A stretch of DNA of 64,000 nt from an uncultured cyanobacterium. GTDB lineage: Bacteria; Cyanobacteriota; Cyanobacteriia; Cyanobacteriales; Nostocaceae. Position 1 is the first letter of the stretch, and the number at the start of each line of letters is the position of its first letter. A program made the position numbers and the translations under genes. This document shows positions 40,610-51,171 of this stretch, piece after piece. Where the stretch lies: the NCBI GenBank assembly GCA_963706595.1, contig OY970166.1, forward strand, positions 3,680,001-3,744,000. The letters run 5' to 3'. Below the pieces are notes generated by a model. It made no database searches. It was not told the DNA's origin and saw only the letters and a program-made list of their open reading frames with translations.

Positions 40610-40758
40610 AATTAGGGGTGCTTTAAGTTGCAAGTTTTTCTCCTGTGGATTCAATTATAGTAGTTTTTACCAAAAATAGGAGAGGGTGGATGTCCCCTCA
40701 TTTGTATGCAAATCCGGCGGAGTTTCATATCCTGGAGATAGACGGCAAGGAAAGTGGC

Positions 40759-41691
40759 ATGACCAGTCAAAAAACGAAATCAATAACCCTGAAAATTGCT
40801 GTGGTTGGAGATGTTCACGACCAATGGGAATTAGAAGATGGCATGGCACTCAAGCATCTGGGTGTGGACTTAGTGCTGTTTGTGGGCGATTTTGGCAATG
40901 AATCGGTGGATGTGGTCAGAGCGATCGCCTCCCTGGACATTCCCAAAGCAGCAGTAATGGGAAACCACGATGCCTGGTACACCGCCACGGAATGGGGACG
41001 CAGGAAATGTCCTTATGACCGTTCTAAGTCAGATTGGGTACAGGAACAACTCGATTTATTGGGATCTAGCCATGTCGGTTACAGTAAGCTGGATTTTCCC
41101 GCGTGGAATTTAACTGTGGTGGGGGGTCGTCCCTTTACCTGGGGCGGTCCAGAGTGGAAATTTGCGGACATCGTGCGAGAACGGTATGGTGTGACGAGTT
41201 TGGAAGAATCCGCCGACCTGATTGTTAAAGCCGTAAACAGCGCTGCTCATGAAACGATTATTTTTCTCGGTCACAATGGCCCTAGTGGTTTAGGCGATCG
41301 CCCCGAAGATCCCTGCGGTAAGGACTGGCATCCCATCGGTGGTGACTTTGGCGACCCCGACTTTGGGGCGGCAATTTCTCAGGCTCTCACGGCTGGTAAA
41401 ACCATTCCTCTGGTGACATTTGGTCACATGCACCGCACCCTCAGACATACCAAAAAAGTGCAGCGCCAAGCTGTATTTAAAAGTCCAGAGGGAACAATTT
41501 ACTTGAATGCGGCAACTGTACCCAGAATTTTGGAAAATCAGGGTGAGAAACTGCGTAGTTTTTCCATTGTTTCTCTAGACGCGGGTGCGGTTTCCCAAGT
41601 CTCCCAAGTTTGGATAGGCAATGATTTCCAGGTGACTTTAGAGGAAATTTTGTATGAGCGATCGCGTAGTGTGCCGGAGGCTTTCGCTTAG
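40759..41691 (+). CDS. devT: Metallophosphoesterase of TIGR04168 type, DevT-like
   Basis: GDVHD, GDFGNE, GNHD, GHMH motifs; divergent from nadA as recalled for Anabaena devT. Confidence 0.75.
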   Translation: MTSQKTKSITLKIAVVGDVHDQWELEDGMALKHLGVDLVLFVGDFGNESVDVVRAIASLDIPKAAVMGNHDAWYTATEWGRRKCPYDRSKSDWVQEQLDLLGSSHVGYSKLDFPAWNLTVVGGRPFTWGGPEWKFADIVRERYGVTSLEESADLIVKAVNSAAHETIIFLGHNGPSGLGDRPEDPCGKDWHPIGGDFGDPDFGAAISQALTAGKTIPLVTFGHMHRTLRHTKKVQRQAVFKSPEGTIYLNAATVPRILENQGEKLRSFSIVSLDAGAVSQVSQVWIGNDFQVTLEEILYERSRSVPEAFA

Positions 41692-41831
41692 TGCGTCCTA
41701 GATATTTGCCTTCTGTAGTGCAATCTGCGTAGATGATGAGATATAGTATGATCTGTCAGCTTGTTAATTTTCGACAAAGGCGCTATACTGCTGTATTGTC
41801 GTAGGTTAACGAAAAGCTCGACAGTTTTATT

Positions 41832-41916
41832 GGAGAGGTGGCAGAGTGGTCGATTGCGTCCGACTTGAAATCGGATGAGGCTAAAACCTCCGGGAGTTCG
41901 AATCTCCCCCTCTCCG
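41832..41916 (+). tRNA. trnS: tRNA-Ser(TGA)
   Basis: GGAGAGG/CCTCTCC acceptor stem, TCCGA-cTTGAaa-TCGGA anticodon arm, long variable arm, GTTCGAATC. Confidence 0.97.
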
Positions 41917-42255
41917 TTGAATAAATTATCTATCGTATCAGTTTTCTAGAATCAATTTAAAATTGTTAAGTAAAAAAAAACTGCTAGTAGATTGCTTGTA
42001 TTATTTTAGAGAGTGATTTTGCGAATATAGAGTGACTATAGTTTCTTCATTAAATTTGAGTTTATATTTAAATTGCAAAACAAAAATCACAAAGTAAAGC
42101 ATTTAAGGAATTATCTTATTAGTTATTAAATTCTTTCAAGGTAGTTTAAAGTTAAAACTACAACACTAATTTTATGGCGGGAAGTTCTTTGAGAATTTAC
42201 GTGGGCATTTAGTCTACTTAAAATCTAAATATATTAGTGAATCTGTAGTTACGAA

Positions 42256-44847
42256 CTATGTAGATTTAGAAGGGAAGTTAGCACCTTTTTTTCTATTTGC
42301 ATCTGCGTGAGTTGCCTGAATATTATCAATTGTATCAGAACCACCAATTGCGAGTGGTTTGATGTGATCGTAATGCAAATCATCGCTATAGTATATTTCT
42401 GCACCTGTCAAGGCACAGCGATTTTCCTGAATTTTAATCAATAACCTTTTTTCTTCCTCTGTCAAACGAAGTCTTCTATCCTCTCTTTTGAAATCACTTT
42501 TAATAACTTCTAGTCTTTCCTCAAAGCCTTTGATAATTATTTCAAAATCAGCATTAATAGGATTTTTCATGTATACAAAAATCTCTTTTAATCTCTTCTT
42601 TATTTCCTGTCTATGAAACTTAGCCATTTGGTAATTTAAATCAGCTAAGATATGCCAAAGCATATAAAAATCCTGAAACCTTCTTACAAGAACTGGTAAA
42701 TTCCTACCAGCATCAAAGATAGAATTTAACTCCTCCCTTAAGAAATCATTAACATCACCATCCTCAATATCTTTATCAAGAAGAATTAATCGTAAGTTTT
42801 TGATAAAGCTTTCTACATATTTAATACTGTCTCGAAATGAACGCAAAGAATCGACATCTGTAGATGCTTGATGAAGTAGTTTTGTCACATCCCTTTTATC
42901 TTTAATTCTCGCATTTACGGAATTATTTTTTATATGTATATTAAGTACACCAGTCGATTTACCTTTACCACTTATCTTATGGTAGAACAAGTAAACTAAT
43001 AATGTGTATAATTCTTCATTTTGCATCCTATCACCATAATCATTTTTATTGCGGGCGACAGTGATGTAGAACCAGTTTTTATGTTTTTCAGCATTCTTTT
43101 TAATATCATCAATTAATTCCTTCTTAACCCAAGCATTCCACATCTCAAATGAATTCTCTAGGATTGGGAATGGTTTATTGTTGAGTCTAATAAATAAATC
43201 GACAGGTAAAAACTGAGTATTGATTCTCTCTTCAATTTCAACTACTAGCAGCGGAAAATCATAAATTTTATCTTGTAGGTTTATATCAAAACTATCAAAT
43301 TTGCTTTTTTCTAAATCTCTAAGTATTCTTAACTGTCTTAAGGCAAATTTATCATTCTTTGATTTCTGTTCGTTACCTTCTTCATCAATATAAGTTCCCC
43401 CAGTAAATGCAAGAATTGAAAGTAGTCTTTGTTGTCCATCAATCACTTCCCATACACCATCATTACGACTAAAGATAAATATTGGTGGTAGTTGAATACC
43501 AAGTAAAATACTCTCGATTAAGGCAGATGCTTTGGGAATACTAATAACTTCAGACCTCTGATAAGGTGGGCGTAAAAGTAGTCTTTTTTTTCTAATTCTT
43601 GATAAAAAATCATCAATAGTTACTCTTTGAGGATCTGGCTTGGTTGTTCTTAACGTTTCCAATTGGCTTACCTTTACTAAGGTATCATCTTGACTAGAAA
43701 CATTAATTTTGGGTTTACCACCACCTAAATAGTTATTGAAATTAGTATTTAGTTTTTCACTGAAGAAATTCGCTATAGTTTGATACCTTTCCAGGGTAGG
43801 AGCATAAAAATGTGAGCCTTCTTGAGCGAAAATAGCTATATTTTTTGCTATGTAACTTGAAAATTCAATAGATAAAGATACATTTTCAAAATTGCATCTG
43901 GGAACATTTTCTTTTTCTAACACTGAAAATGCCCATAAAAGACATTCACAAACTAGTCTATTAGACCTTATTGCCCTTGAGTATAAAGTTGAGTTTACTT
44001 TATCAACTAACTCAAATCTCTTGATTAGTTTATTGCATAATTCTTGAGGATCAGAATTTGAAACTATTAATTCATAGAGCTTATCAATAGTTTCAGTTCT
44101 TGATTGGCTAGATGCATAACTTCTAATCGGAAGCATACTAAGGATTAACTGTTTACGCACAAAAGTTAAAATTTTCTGAATTTTAAATTTAATATTATCT
44201 TCTGTTTTAGTATGTTTTAAAAAAAGTTGATATGTTTTTTCAGCTAGCTGTGAGTCATTAGTTAGTAAATCCTTAAAACACTTACTTACAGGATCATTTA
44301 GATATGCAGCATTATCAATCTCAGCCTTCTTCAAAGGTGTAATTCCAGAATTATACCTTGAAAATATTTCTTTCTTAATCTTATCTTCTAAATCACTATC
44401 CAGTTTAGGTTCATTTACTACTGCAAATTCAAATACTCTAAGCTTAGAATCAAGAAAGAGATCTTGAATTTGATTACTCAAATCTTGAAATGATTTTTTC
44501 CTTAGTTCTTTTAACTCATACAAACCTTTTTCAGTGAGCTTTAAGTCTTTTTTTAGAAGACGCAAAATCGTCTCAAATCTCTGTCTGCCATCAATTACTT
44601 CTTTTGTATTTCCGCTATCGAACAGTATTATTGGTGGTATTTCTGTTCCAAGCAATATACTTTCTATAAAAAACGTTGCTTTCTCAGGAGTCCAGACATA
44701 ATTTCTCTGGTAGTAGGGATCATATTTAATTTTATTTAAATTTCTTTCTCTGAACAAACTCTCTATACTTTGTGAGTATGTACTAATTTTTAGATGAGAT
44801 GAAAAAATTCTTTCAAAATCATCTTGCTTCAAAAATATGTCATCCAT
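42256..44847 (-). CDS. Tandem DUF262 (GmrS/ParB-like) protein with C-terminal HNH nuclease
   Basis: Two sets of YQR / ESILLG..P / EVIDG.QR / F.R.N motifs; YDHIKPLAIGGSDTIDNIQATHADANRKKG. Confidence 0.85.
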   Translation of the reverse strand: MDDIFLKQDDFERIFSSHLKISTYSQSIESLFRERNLNKIKYDPYYQRNYVWTPEKATFFIESILLGTEIPPIILFDSGNTKEVIDGRQRFETILRLLKKDLKLTEKGLYELKELRKKSFQDLSNQIQDLFLDSKLRVFEFAVVNEPKLDSDLEDKIKKEIFSRYNSGITPLKKAEIDNAAYLNDPVSKCFKDLLTNDSQLAEKTYQLFLKHTKTEDNIKFKIQKILTFVRKQLILSMLPIRSYASSQSRTETIDKLYELIVSNSDPQELCNKLIKRFELVDKVNSTLYSRAIRSNRLVCECLLWAFSVLEKENVPRCNFENVSLSIEFSSYIAKNIAIFAQEGSHFYAPTLERYQTIANFFSEKLNTNFNNYLGGGKPKINVSSQDDTLVKVSQLETLRTTKPDPQRVTIDDFLSRIRKKRLLLRPPYQRSEVISIPKASALIESILLGIQLPPIFIFSRNDGVWEVIDGQQRLLSILAFTGGTYIDEEGNEQKSKNDKFALRQLRILRDLEKSKFDSFDINLQDKIYDFPLLVVEIEERINTQFLPVDLFIRLNNKPFPILENSFEMWNAWVKKELIDDIKKNAEKHKNWFYITVARNKNDYGDRMQNEELYTLLVYLFYHKISGKGKSTGVLNIHIKNNSVNARIKDKRDVTKLLHQASTDVDSLRSFRDSIKYVESFIKNLRLILLDKDIEDGDVNDFLREELNSIFDAGRNLPVLVRRFQDFYMLWHILADLNYQMAKFHRQEIKKRLKEIFVYMKNPINADFEIIIKGFEERLEVIKSDFKREDRRLRLTEEEKRLLIKIQENRCALTGAEIYYSDDLHYDHIKPLAIGGSDTIDNIQATHADANRKKGANFPSKST

Positions 44848-45459
44848 AAATTCTAGTAATTACCTCGTCAAAACTTTTTCAATTCAACATAAAGAGCCAA
44901 TTTTACTCTTTATTGATATCTTGGATAAAACTTGCTCGATTTAAAAATTATCATGCTGTAGATTAACGTAAACAGTTTGTTTCAGGCTTTTGTGAATCAT
45001 CATTTGATTAAGCGGCACACACTAAAAAATAGTTAAAAAAGCATATTGAATGCCTGAGAATCATACTTGACGTTGGTAGTTTCTATCAATGCGTAAGTGA
45101 TATTGTAATATTAATATTTGCATAATATCTAAGATAGTGTATCATTCTTTAATTAAAAAGTACGACAAATAGTAAGATTTCTTAGTTATATCTAGAAGCT
45201 AGAAGCGATTTCTCCTTAATTTTTACTTGCAGAACGCCGTAAAGACAAAAACATAGACAAAAGGTGAAAAAACGTCCCAAAAGTTCTATAGGAAAGCCGT
45301 CTTCGTCGTGAGAACCTTCGGACTAATGTAGAACTGCCTGATAGTAAGGCATCCAGTGGAGGCTACAAATGTCAAAAAAAATAATGTTTCACGCCAAGAC
45401 GCATTCGCAGGAGGCGTTCCCGCCGGATAGGCGCAAAGAATTGGCGTGAAACTGTGCTT

Positions 45460-46362
45460 TTATTCAGCAGGTTTGTTACTAGCTCGATTAGCACGCGCCT
45501 CGGCTGAAGCCATGACTTCATCGAAATTCTCTAGTATTTCACCAGGGAAGTTTTCCAAAACCCTGGTAGAAATAGCCACACGGCCTTTACCTTCATCTAA
45601 GTCAATAATTACAGCTTTAATTGTTTGACCAATTTGAAAGACTTTTTCCAGAGATTCAATGTATTTTTGGCTGACTTGTTTAATATGTAGTAAGGCACTC
45701 AGACCCTCTAAATCTACAAATACTCCAAAAGGTTTAATTCCAGTAACTTTACCTTCTACAAGCTGATTGAGTGCTAATAAACTGAAGCTGCTAGAACGAG
45801 TTGCCAATCGCTGGGAAAGTATCAGTTTGTTGGTATTACGATTAATTTCTAAAAACGCTACAGTCAAATTTTGACCTTTAAGTGCTTCTAAGTTATCACG
45901 CTCTGCTAAATGCGATCGCGGAATAAATCCTCGCAAAGACAGCAAATCAACAGTCACACCACCTTTATTCACACCCGTTACCCTGACTTGCACCGTCTGG
46001 CCACCTTCGTTCATTTGGACCAGTCGTTCCCAGATTTGCTGAATTTCCAACTGCTTGCGCGAAAGGGTGACTTGACCTTCTGCATCCTGATCTCGGATGA
46101 TTACAAACTCCAGTTCCTCTTGCAATGGCAGCACCTCCGATAAATCGGTAACAGCTCTCAAAGAAGCCTCATCACGGGGGAGAAAAGCGGATGACTTGCC
46201 ACCAATATCTACATAAGCTCCATTGGGGTCAAGTTGAAATACTTTCCCACGTACAACTTGTCCCTTTTGAAACTGGTAGTCGTGTACTTCTAGTGCTTTG
46301 GCAAAATCGTCCATCGTAAAAGACGAATTGGCAGATTGAGAAAGTTTCGATTCGGAGTTCAT
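45460..46362 (-). CDS. S1 RNA-binding domain protein (Rps1b-like)
   Basis: Three S1 repeats: GAYVDIGGKS, RGFIPRSH, FGVFVDL. Confidence 0.9.
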   Translation of the reverse strand: MNSESKLSQSANSSFTMDDFAKALEVHDYQFQKGQVVRGKVFQLDPNGAYVDIGGKSSAFLPRDEASLRAVTDLSEVLPLQEELEFVIIRDQDAEGQVTLSRKQLEIQQIWERLVQMNEGGQTVQVRVTGVNKGGVTVDLLSLRGFIPRSHLAERDNLEALKGQNLTVAFLEINRNTNKLILSQRLATRSSSFSLLALNQLVEGKVTGIKPFGVFVDLEGLSALLHIKQVSQKYIESLEKVFQIGQTIKAVIIDLDEGKGRVAISTRVLENFPGEILENFDEVMASAEARANRASNKPAE

Positions 46363-46536
46363 GACAATTGAAGATAAATTATTATTTGATGTGATGCCAC
46401 TGGAGTTTTACTAAACACCTAACAAATTCCGACCCAGTAGGAGTGTTAGGAAATTATGGCATGATTATTTGTTAGGCAAACAACCTAAAATAGCTTGAAT
46501 AGTCCCCAATATGGGAACTTCACAGTATTTTTCTTT

Positions 46537-46704
46537 TCAGTACAGCACGGCGTAAATCAACCAACCATTCCAAGTCAATGAAAATCCTATAGAATAATCT
46601 CTTTGACTTTTGACCCCTTCGGGGTTCGCCAGTCGCTCATGGGGGAAACCCCCAAGACCGCGCTGGCTCACTTTTGACTTTTGACGAACGCCCTGCGGCA
46701 CTAG
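46537..46704. mobile_element. CTAG-family MITE (inverted relative to 10489-10599) with a nested ~56-nt palindromic insert
   Basis: (TTTTGAC)n core interrupted at about 46615-46670 by CCCTTCGGGGTTCGCCAGTCG...CGCTGGCTCA. Confidence 0.7.
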
Positions 46705-47450
46705 GCTCCTAACACACTGCCAAAAAGTTGTTTCACCTGCTCCCAAGCATCAGCTGCGGCTTTAGGATTATAGCTGGCGCGATGGTCACAGAAAAATCCG
46801 TGTTCAGATCCATCGTAACGAAACACACGATGAGAAATTTGGTATTTTTCTAATTCTGCGGCAATTTGATCTACCTGTTCGGCGGGAATACTGGCATCTT
46901 CCACGCCAAAGAAAGTATAGATGTGTCCTTTTATATCTGAAGTATGGGTGATAGTGGGAGCGCCACCTCCTGGTGTACGAGTAGTAATACCAGCACCGTA
47001 GAAGGAAGCAGTAGCTTTGATATCTGGTAAGGTAGCAGCAAAATAAGCTACATGGCCACCAAAACAAAAGCCAATACAGCCAAAGCTATCTGGTTTTACT
47101 TGGGGGAGACTTTTGAGATAATCGATTGCCGATTGAATATCATTCAATAACTCTGATGCTTGAGTTTGCTGCCAAGCATATTTTCTGCCAATTTCCATAT
47201 CTTCGGGGGTGTAGCCGGTGGCAAAATCAGGGGCTTGACGTTGAAAAAGTGCCGGTGCGATCGCCACATATCCTTGTTGAGCAATTCGTTCTGTCACTTC
47301 TTGAATGTGTACATTAACACCAAAAATCTCCTGTAATACTACAACTCCTGGATAAACACCGGGTGCTTGTGGTTGCGCCAAATAAGCCGATATTTGGAGA
47401 TTATCTTGCGAAATCTTCACCGTTGTGGTATCTATTATTTGCTCTGTCAT
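46701..47450 (-). CDS. Dienelactone hydrolase family protein
   Basis: QEIFGVN, GFCFGG, HGFFCD. Confidence 0.92.
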   Translation of the reverse strand: MTEQIIDTTTVKISQDNLQISAYLAQPQAPGVYPGVVVLQEIFGVNVHIQEVTERIAQQGYVAIAPALFQRQAPDFATGYTPEDMEIGRKYAWQQTQASELLNDIQSAIDYLKSLPQVKPDSFGCIGFCFGGHVAYFAATLPDIKATASFYGAGITTRTPGGGAPTITHTSDIKGHIYTFFGVEDASIPAEQVDQIAAELEKYQISHRVFRYDGSEHGFFCDHRASYNPKAAADAWEQVKQLFGSVLGA

Positions 47451-47542
47451 AAAAATTTTGCCTAAAAAATTCCATCTGTATATAAGATATCTAATATGTC
47501 ATAAATGCACCTAGTTACTTACATCTACTCATATCAATAGGT

Positions 47543-48535
47543 TTGGTAATGATTCAATTCCGTATTCAGCCAGACAGTGAAATTCCTGCTTCCAACCAGC
47601 TATTTAATCAAATTCGGTTTGCGATCGCTTGCCGACAATATCCACCTGGATACAAACTGCCCAGCACCAGGGCGTTAGCCATGCAAACAGGCTTACACCG
47701 CAATACCATTAGCAAAGTTTACCGCCAGTTGGAAGAAGATGGGTTTGTGGAAAGTCTAGCTGGTTCAGGAATTTATGTGCGGAGTCAAGGGCATGAAGGC
47801 GGTGGCAAGCTAAAATCCTCTATCGCCAAAAAACCAGCCGAAGATGCCTATAAACTGGTGCAAAAAGCCCTGGATGAGATGCTAGCTCAAGGTTATTCAC
47901 TCAATGAAGCGCGAGAGCTATTTTTAGGTGAAATTGATTGGCGTTTACGTTGTAGCGCCCAAGTGCTGGTTGCAGTTCCCTCTCAGGATATGGGTGCGGG
48001 TGAATTAATGGTGTATGAGTTAGAAATGTCTCTCAATATACCTGTACAGTTGGTAGCGATGGAAGAATTAACTGCCGTGTTAGATAAAACTAATTCGGCA
48101 ACGGTGGTTACAAGTCGTTATTTCATTAGTGATGTGGAAGCGATCGCTGGACCGAAATCTGTACGTGTCATTCCTCTAGATATCTACGACTACAGCAAAG
48201 AACTCGACCTCCTGAAAACCCTACCAAAGCAGAATTGTGTCGGCATAGTTAGTCTCAGTTCGGGAATTGCTCGTGCCGCCGAAGTGATTCTTCACGGTTT
48301 ACGAGGAGATGAACTATTGATTATGACTTCACAACCAAAAGACGCGTACAAAATTCAGGCGATCGCCAAGCGGGCAGAAGTCATTATCAGCGATCAAGCC
48401 AGTTTTCCCACTGTACACGCAGCAGTACAAGCATCACTTGAAGATATTATTCGTCCACCTAAACTGATTAAGGTGGAAAATTACATTGGGGCTAATTCGA
48501 TCAACTTGTTAAAACGCGAACTGGGTTTGGGTTAG
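47543..48535 (+). CDS. plmA: GntR-family regulator PlmA
   Basis: IQFRIQPDSEIPAS N-terminus, LPSTRALA..TGLHRNTISKVY HTH, about 330 aa. Confidence 0.88.
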   Translation: MVMIQFRIQPDSEIPASNQLFNQIRFAIACRQYPPGYKLPSTRALAMQTGLHRNTISKVYRQLEEDGFVESLAGSGIYVRSQGHEGGGKLKSSIAKKPAEDAYKLVQKALDEMLAQGYSLNEARELFLGEIDWRLRCSAQVLVAVPSQDMGAGELMVYELEMSLNIPVQLVAMEELTAVLDKTNSATVVTSRYFISDVEAIAGPKSVRVIPLDIYDYSKELDLLKTLPKQNCVGIVSLSSGIARAAEVILHGLRGDELLIMTSQPKDAYKIQAIAKRAEVIISDQASFPTVHAAVQASLEDIIRPPKLIKVENYIGANSINLLKRELGLG

Positions 48536-48579
48536 GTAATTCCCCAAAAAATCACTTATCCAAATAAACAAACCACAAC

Positions 48580-48722
48580 ACATACACCGAACACGTGGAA
48601 TGAGGAAAACAAAGGTTTATATTCTTGACACGAACGTCGAGGGATGGTAAGACTATTTCGATAGCACAACCCAATGAAGCGTTAAGGAATCCTCTCTCCT
48701 TCAGGAAGAGGAGGTATGTCAA
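48580..48722 (+). mobile_element. IS200/IS605 right-end remnant with omegaRNA-like scaffold
   Basis: AACGTCGAGGGATGGTAAGAC...GCACAACCCAATGAAGCGTT then GAATCCTCTCTCCTTCAGGAAGAGGAGGTATGTCAA. Confidence 0.6.
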
Positions 48723-48801
48723 ACTCCCCTCTCCTTACTAAGGAGAGGGGTTGGGGGTGAGGTTAGTGTATTTTCTTAAATCCGCATTCATCAGCTTTAA
48801 A

Positions 48802-49723
48802 TTAACCAGCTTGTGGTTCCGGTGCATTAGCCTGCAAAAACTCTCGCACCCGCATTAGGTAAGTTGAGGCATCTTCCAACATCGGAAAATGGGATGTATT
48901 GGCAATCATGGCAAACTCAATTTTGTCACTCTTTGCAGCCGCTTGACGACCCATCTCGGCAGGAATAATTTGGTCATACTCACCAGCTACCAGCAAAGTT
49001 GGTACTGTCAGCTTGGCAAACTCGTGAGGCATTAATTCTGCTTGAGCTTTACTTACAGAAGTATAAATTGTACCCAATGCTGCATCATAGTCTGCTTCGA
49101 GAAAATCTTGCCAAAAAAGCCTGACGCTCGGAACTAGGAATGGGGCTATGCAAAAATCTCGCCATAAATATTCTGTCAACGAACGGTATTTTCCCTAACC
49201 ACTTGGGACGAAATTTGACTACATAGCCACCAAATTTATGAAAAGCAGTAAAGGCTTTTTCGTCGTACTCAAAAATACCGCTACAAGTTAAAATCCCTCG
49301 TTCTACTCGTTGGGGATAACTGTTGATAAATAATGTCGCAATAGATGCACCCATTGAATGAGCATTAATATAAATGCGCTGGAGTTGTAATTCATCTAGC
49401 AAAACTGCTAAATCTTCAACATACTCTTCTAATTCATAGGTTAACTCTTTGATTGCGGCTGATTTTTCAGGTGTTGATTGTGACTCCACAACAGATGCAC
49501 TGGCGGCGGCTATGTTAGGTTTTCCACGAGAACGCCCAAAACCCCGCAAATCGTAGAGTAAACAATCAAATTCGTCTACTAAAGCATCAGCCGTACTTTT
49601 CCAGTACCTAGCTGAACCAGCCCAACCATGAATAAACAGCATTACTGGCTTGACCAAAGAACCAGATGGTTTTTTCACCCATTCATAATAATGCTCAACA
49701 CCACGAACACAAATATAAGGCAT
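48802..49723 (-). pseudogene. Alpha/beta hydrolase split by a one-base insertion near 49110-49118
   Basis: HGWAGS and AHSMG in one frame; GEYDQII and SHFPMLE in the next; junction ERQAFL / QDFLEADY. Confidence 0.8.
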
Positions 49724-49724
49724 T

Positions 49725-49827
49725 TTTCAAAAGTCAAAAATCAAAAATCAAAAATCAAAAGTCAATGACCAATGACTAATGACCAATGACTAATGACCAA
49801 TAACCAATGACCAATGACTAATGACCA
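49725..49827. repeat. STRR arrays (TCAAAAA)n and (AATGAC(C/T))n
   Basis: Direct reading. Confidence 0.85.
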
Positions 49828-51162
49828 CTAAGCTGATTCTGGCTTAGGTAGGGAAGACGGATGCACTATTAATTCAGCTGTGGAACGCTTCTCTACCATT
49901 TCCTTCGTAACCATGCAGCGACTAACATCCTTGCGGGATGGTAACTCGTACATGACATCCAGCATCAATTCTTCCACGATCCCCCGCAATGCTCTAGCGC
50001 CTGTTTTCCGACGGTAGGCCTCTTGAGCGATCGCCCGTAAAGCATCCGGTTTAAAATCTAACTGGACATTATCCATGTTGAGCAGCTTTTGGTACTGTTT
50101 CACCAAAGCACTGCGTGGTTGGGTCAAAATCGCCATTAGCGCTTCTTCATCCAACGGCTCAACCACCGCTACCATTGGTACGCGGCCGATAAATTCGGGA
50201 ATCATGCCAAACTTCACGAGGTCATCTGGTTCTAGATAGCGCAGAGTATCGGCCGTCCGCTGCTCTTTGGATTGCAGGTCTCCGGGCTGTACAAAACCCA
50301 TTGACTTTTTGCCTGCTCTCTGCTCTACTACCTTATCCAAACCCACGAAAGCACCGCCACAGACAAACAGAATATTACTTGTATCAATCTGGATACAGTC
50401 TTGATAAGGATGCTTACGTCCTCCTTGAGGTGGCACATTAGCGATTGTCCCTTCTAACATTTTCAGCAAAGCTTGCTGTACGCCTTCGCCAGAAACATCG
50501 CGGGTAATCGAAGGGTTTTCACTCTTGCGAGCTACTTTGTCTATTTCGTCAATGTAGATAATTCCGCGCTGGGCTTCCTCGACATCCAAATCTGCCACTT
50601 GTAACAGTCGCAGCAGGATATTTTCCACATCTTCACCCACATACCCTGCTTCTGTCAGTGTAGTGGCATCAGCCACAGCAAAGGGTACATCCAAGATGGT
50701 GGCTAAGGTTTGCGCCAAGAGGGTTTTACCGCAACCAGTCGGGCCAATTAACAAAATATTGGACTTTTGCAGTTCTACAGCATCATCTGCCTCATTTTTG
50801 CCTTTCGACTGAATGACGGCTAGTCGCTTGTAGTGATTATAAACCGCTACTGACAATACTTTCTTGGCTTCGTCTTGACCGATAACGTGTTCATCCAGAT
50901 AATTTTTAATCTCTCTGGGCTTAGGAATTTGGTTAAGTGAGAGATTAGAAGAGCGCGCACGACGTTTTTGAGGTGGTTCTGACCTTGGTGCTGGTTGTGA
51001 CGCAGCAGTATTCGTGTCGAGTAGCTCTTCATCTAGGATTTCATTACACAAGTCAACGCATTCATCGCAGATGTAGACTCCCGGCCCTGCGATTAATTTA
51101 CGCACCTGCTCTTGAGACTTGCCACAAAATGAACATTTTAAATGGGAGTCGTACTTAGACAT
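49828..51162 (-). CDS. clpX: ATP-dependent Clp protease ATPase subunit
   Basis: CSFCGK zinc finger, [18 protein letters not shown]. Confidence 0.98.
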   Translation of the reverse strand: MSKYDSHLKCSFCGKSQEQVRKLIAGPGVYICDECVDLCNEILDEELLDTNTAASQPAPRSEPPQKRRARSSNLSLNQIPKPREIKNYLDEHVIGQDEAKKVLSVAVYNHYKRLAVIQSKGKNEADDAVELQKSNILLIGPTGCGKTLLAQTLATILDVPFAVADATTLTEAGYVGEDVENILLRLLQVADLDVEEAQRGIIYIDEIDKVARKSENPSITRDVSGEGVQQALLKMLEGTIANVPPQGGRKHPYQDCIQIDTSNILFVCGGAFVGLDKVVEQRAGKKSMGFVQPGDLQSKEQRTADTLRYLEPDDLVKFGMIPEFIGRVPMVAVVEPLDEEALMAILTQPRSALVKQYQKLLNMDNVQLDFKPDALRAIAQEAYRRKTGARALRGIVEELMLDVMYELPSRKDVSRCMVTKEMVEKRSTAELIVHPSSLPKPESA

Positions 51163-51171
51163 ACCAGCCTC

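Noticed and set aside
41917..45460. Prophage or intact integrative element at tRNA-Ser
   Set aside because: No integrase, phage genes or duplicated tRNA 3' end found
46537..46746. 69-aa minus-strand ORF
   Set aside because: Translation of the MITE and its nested insert
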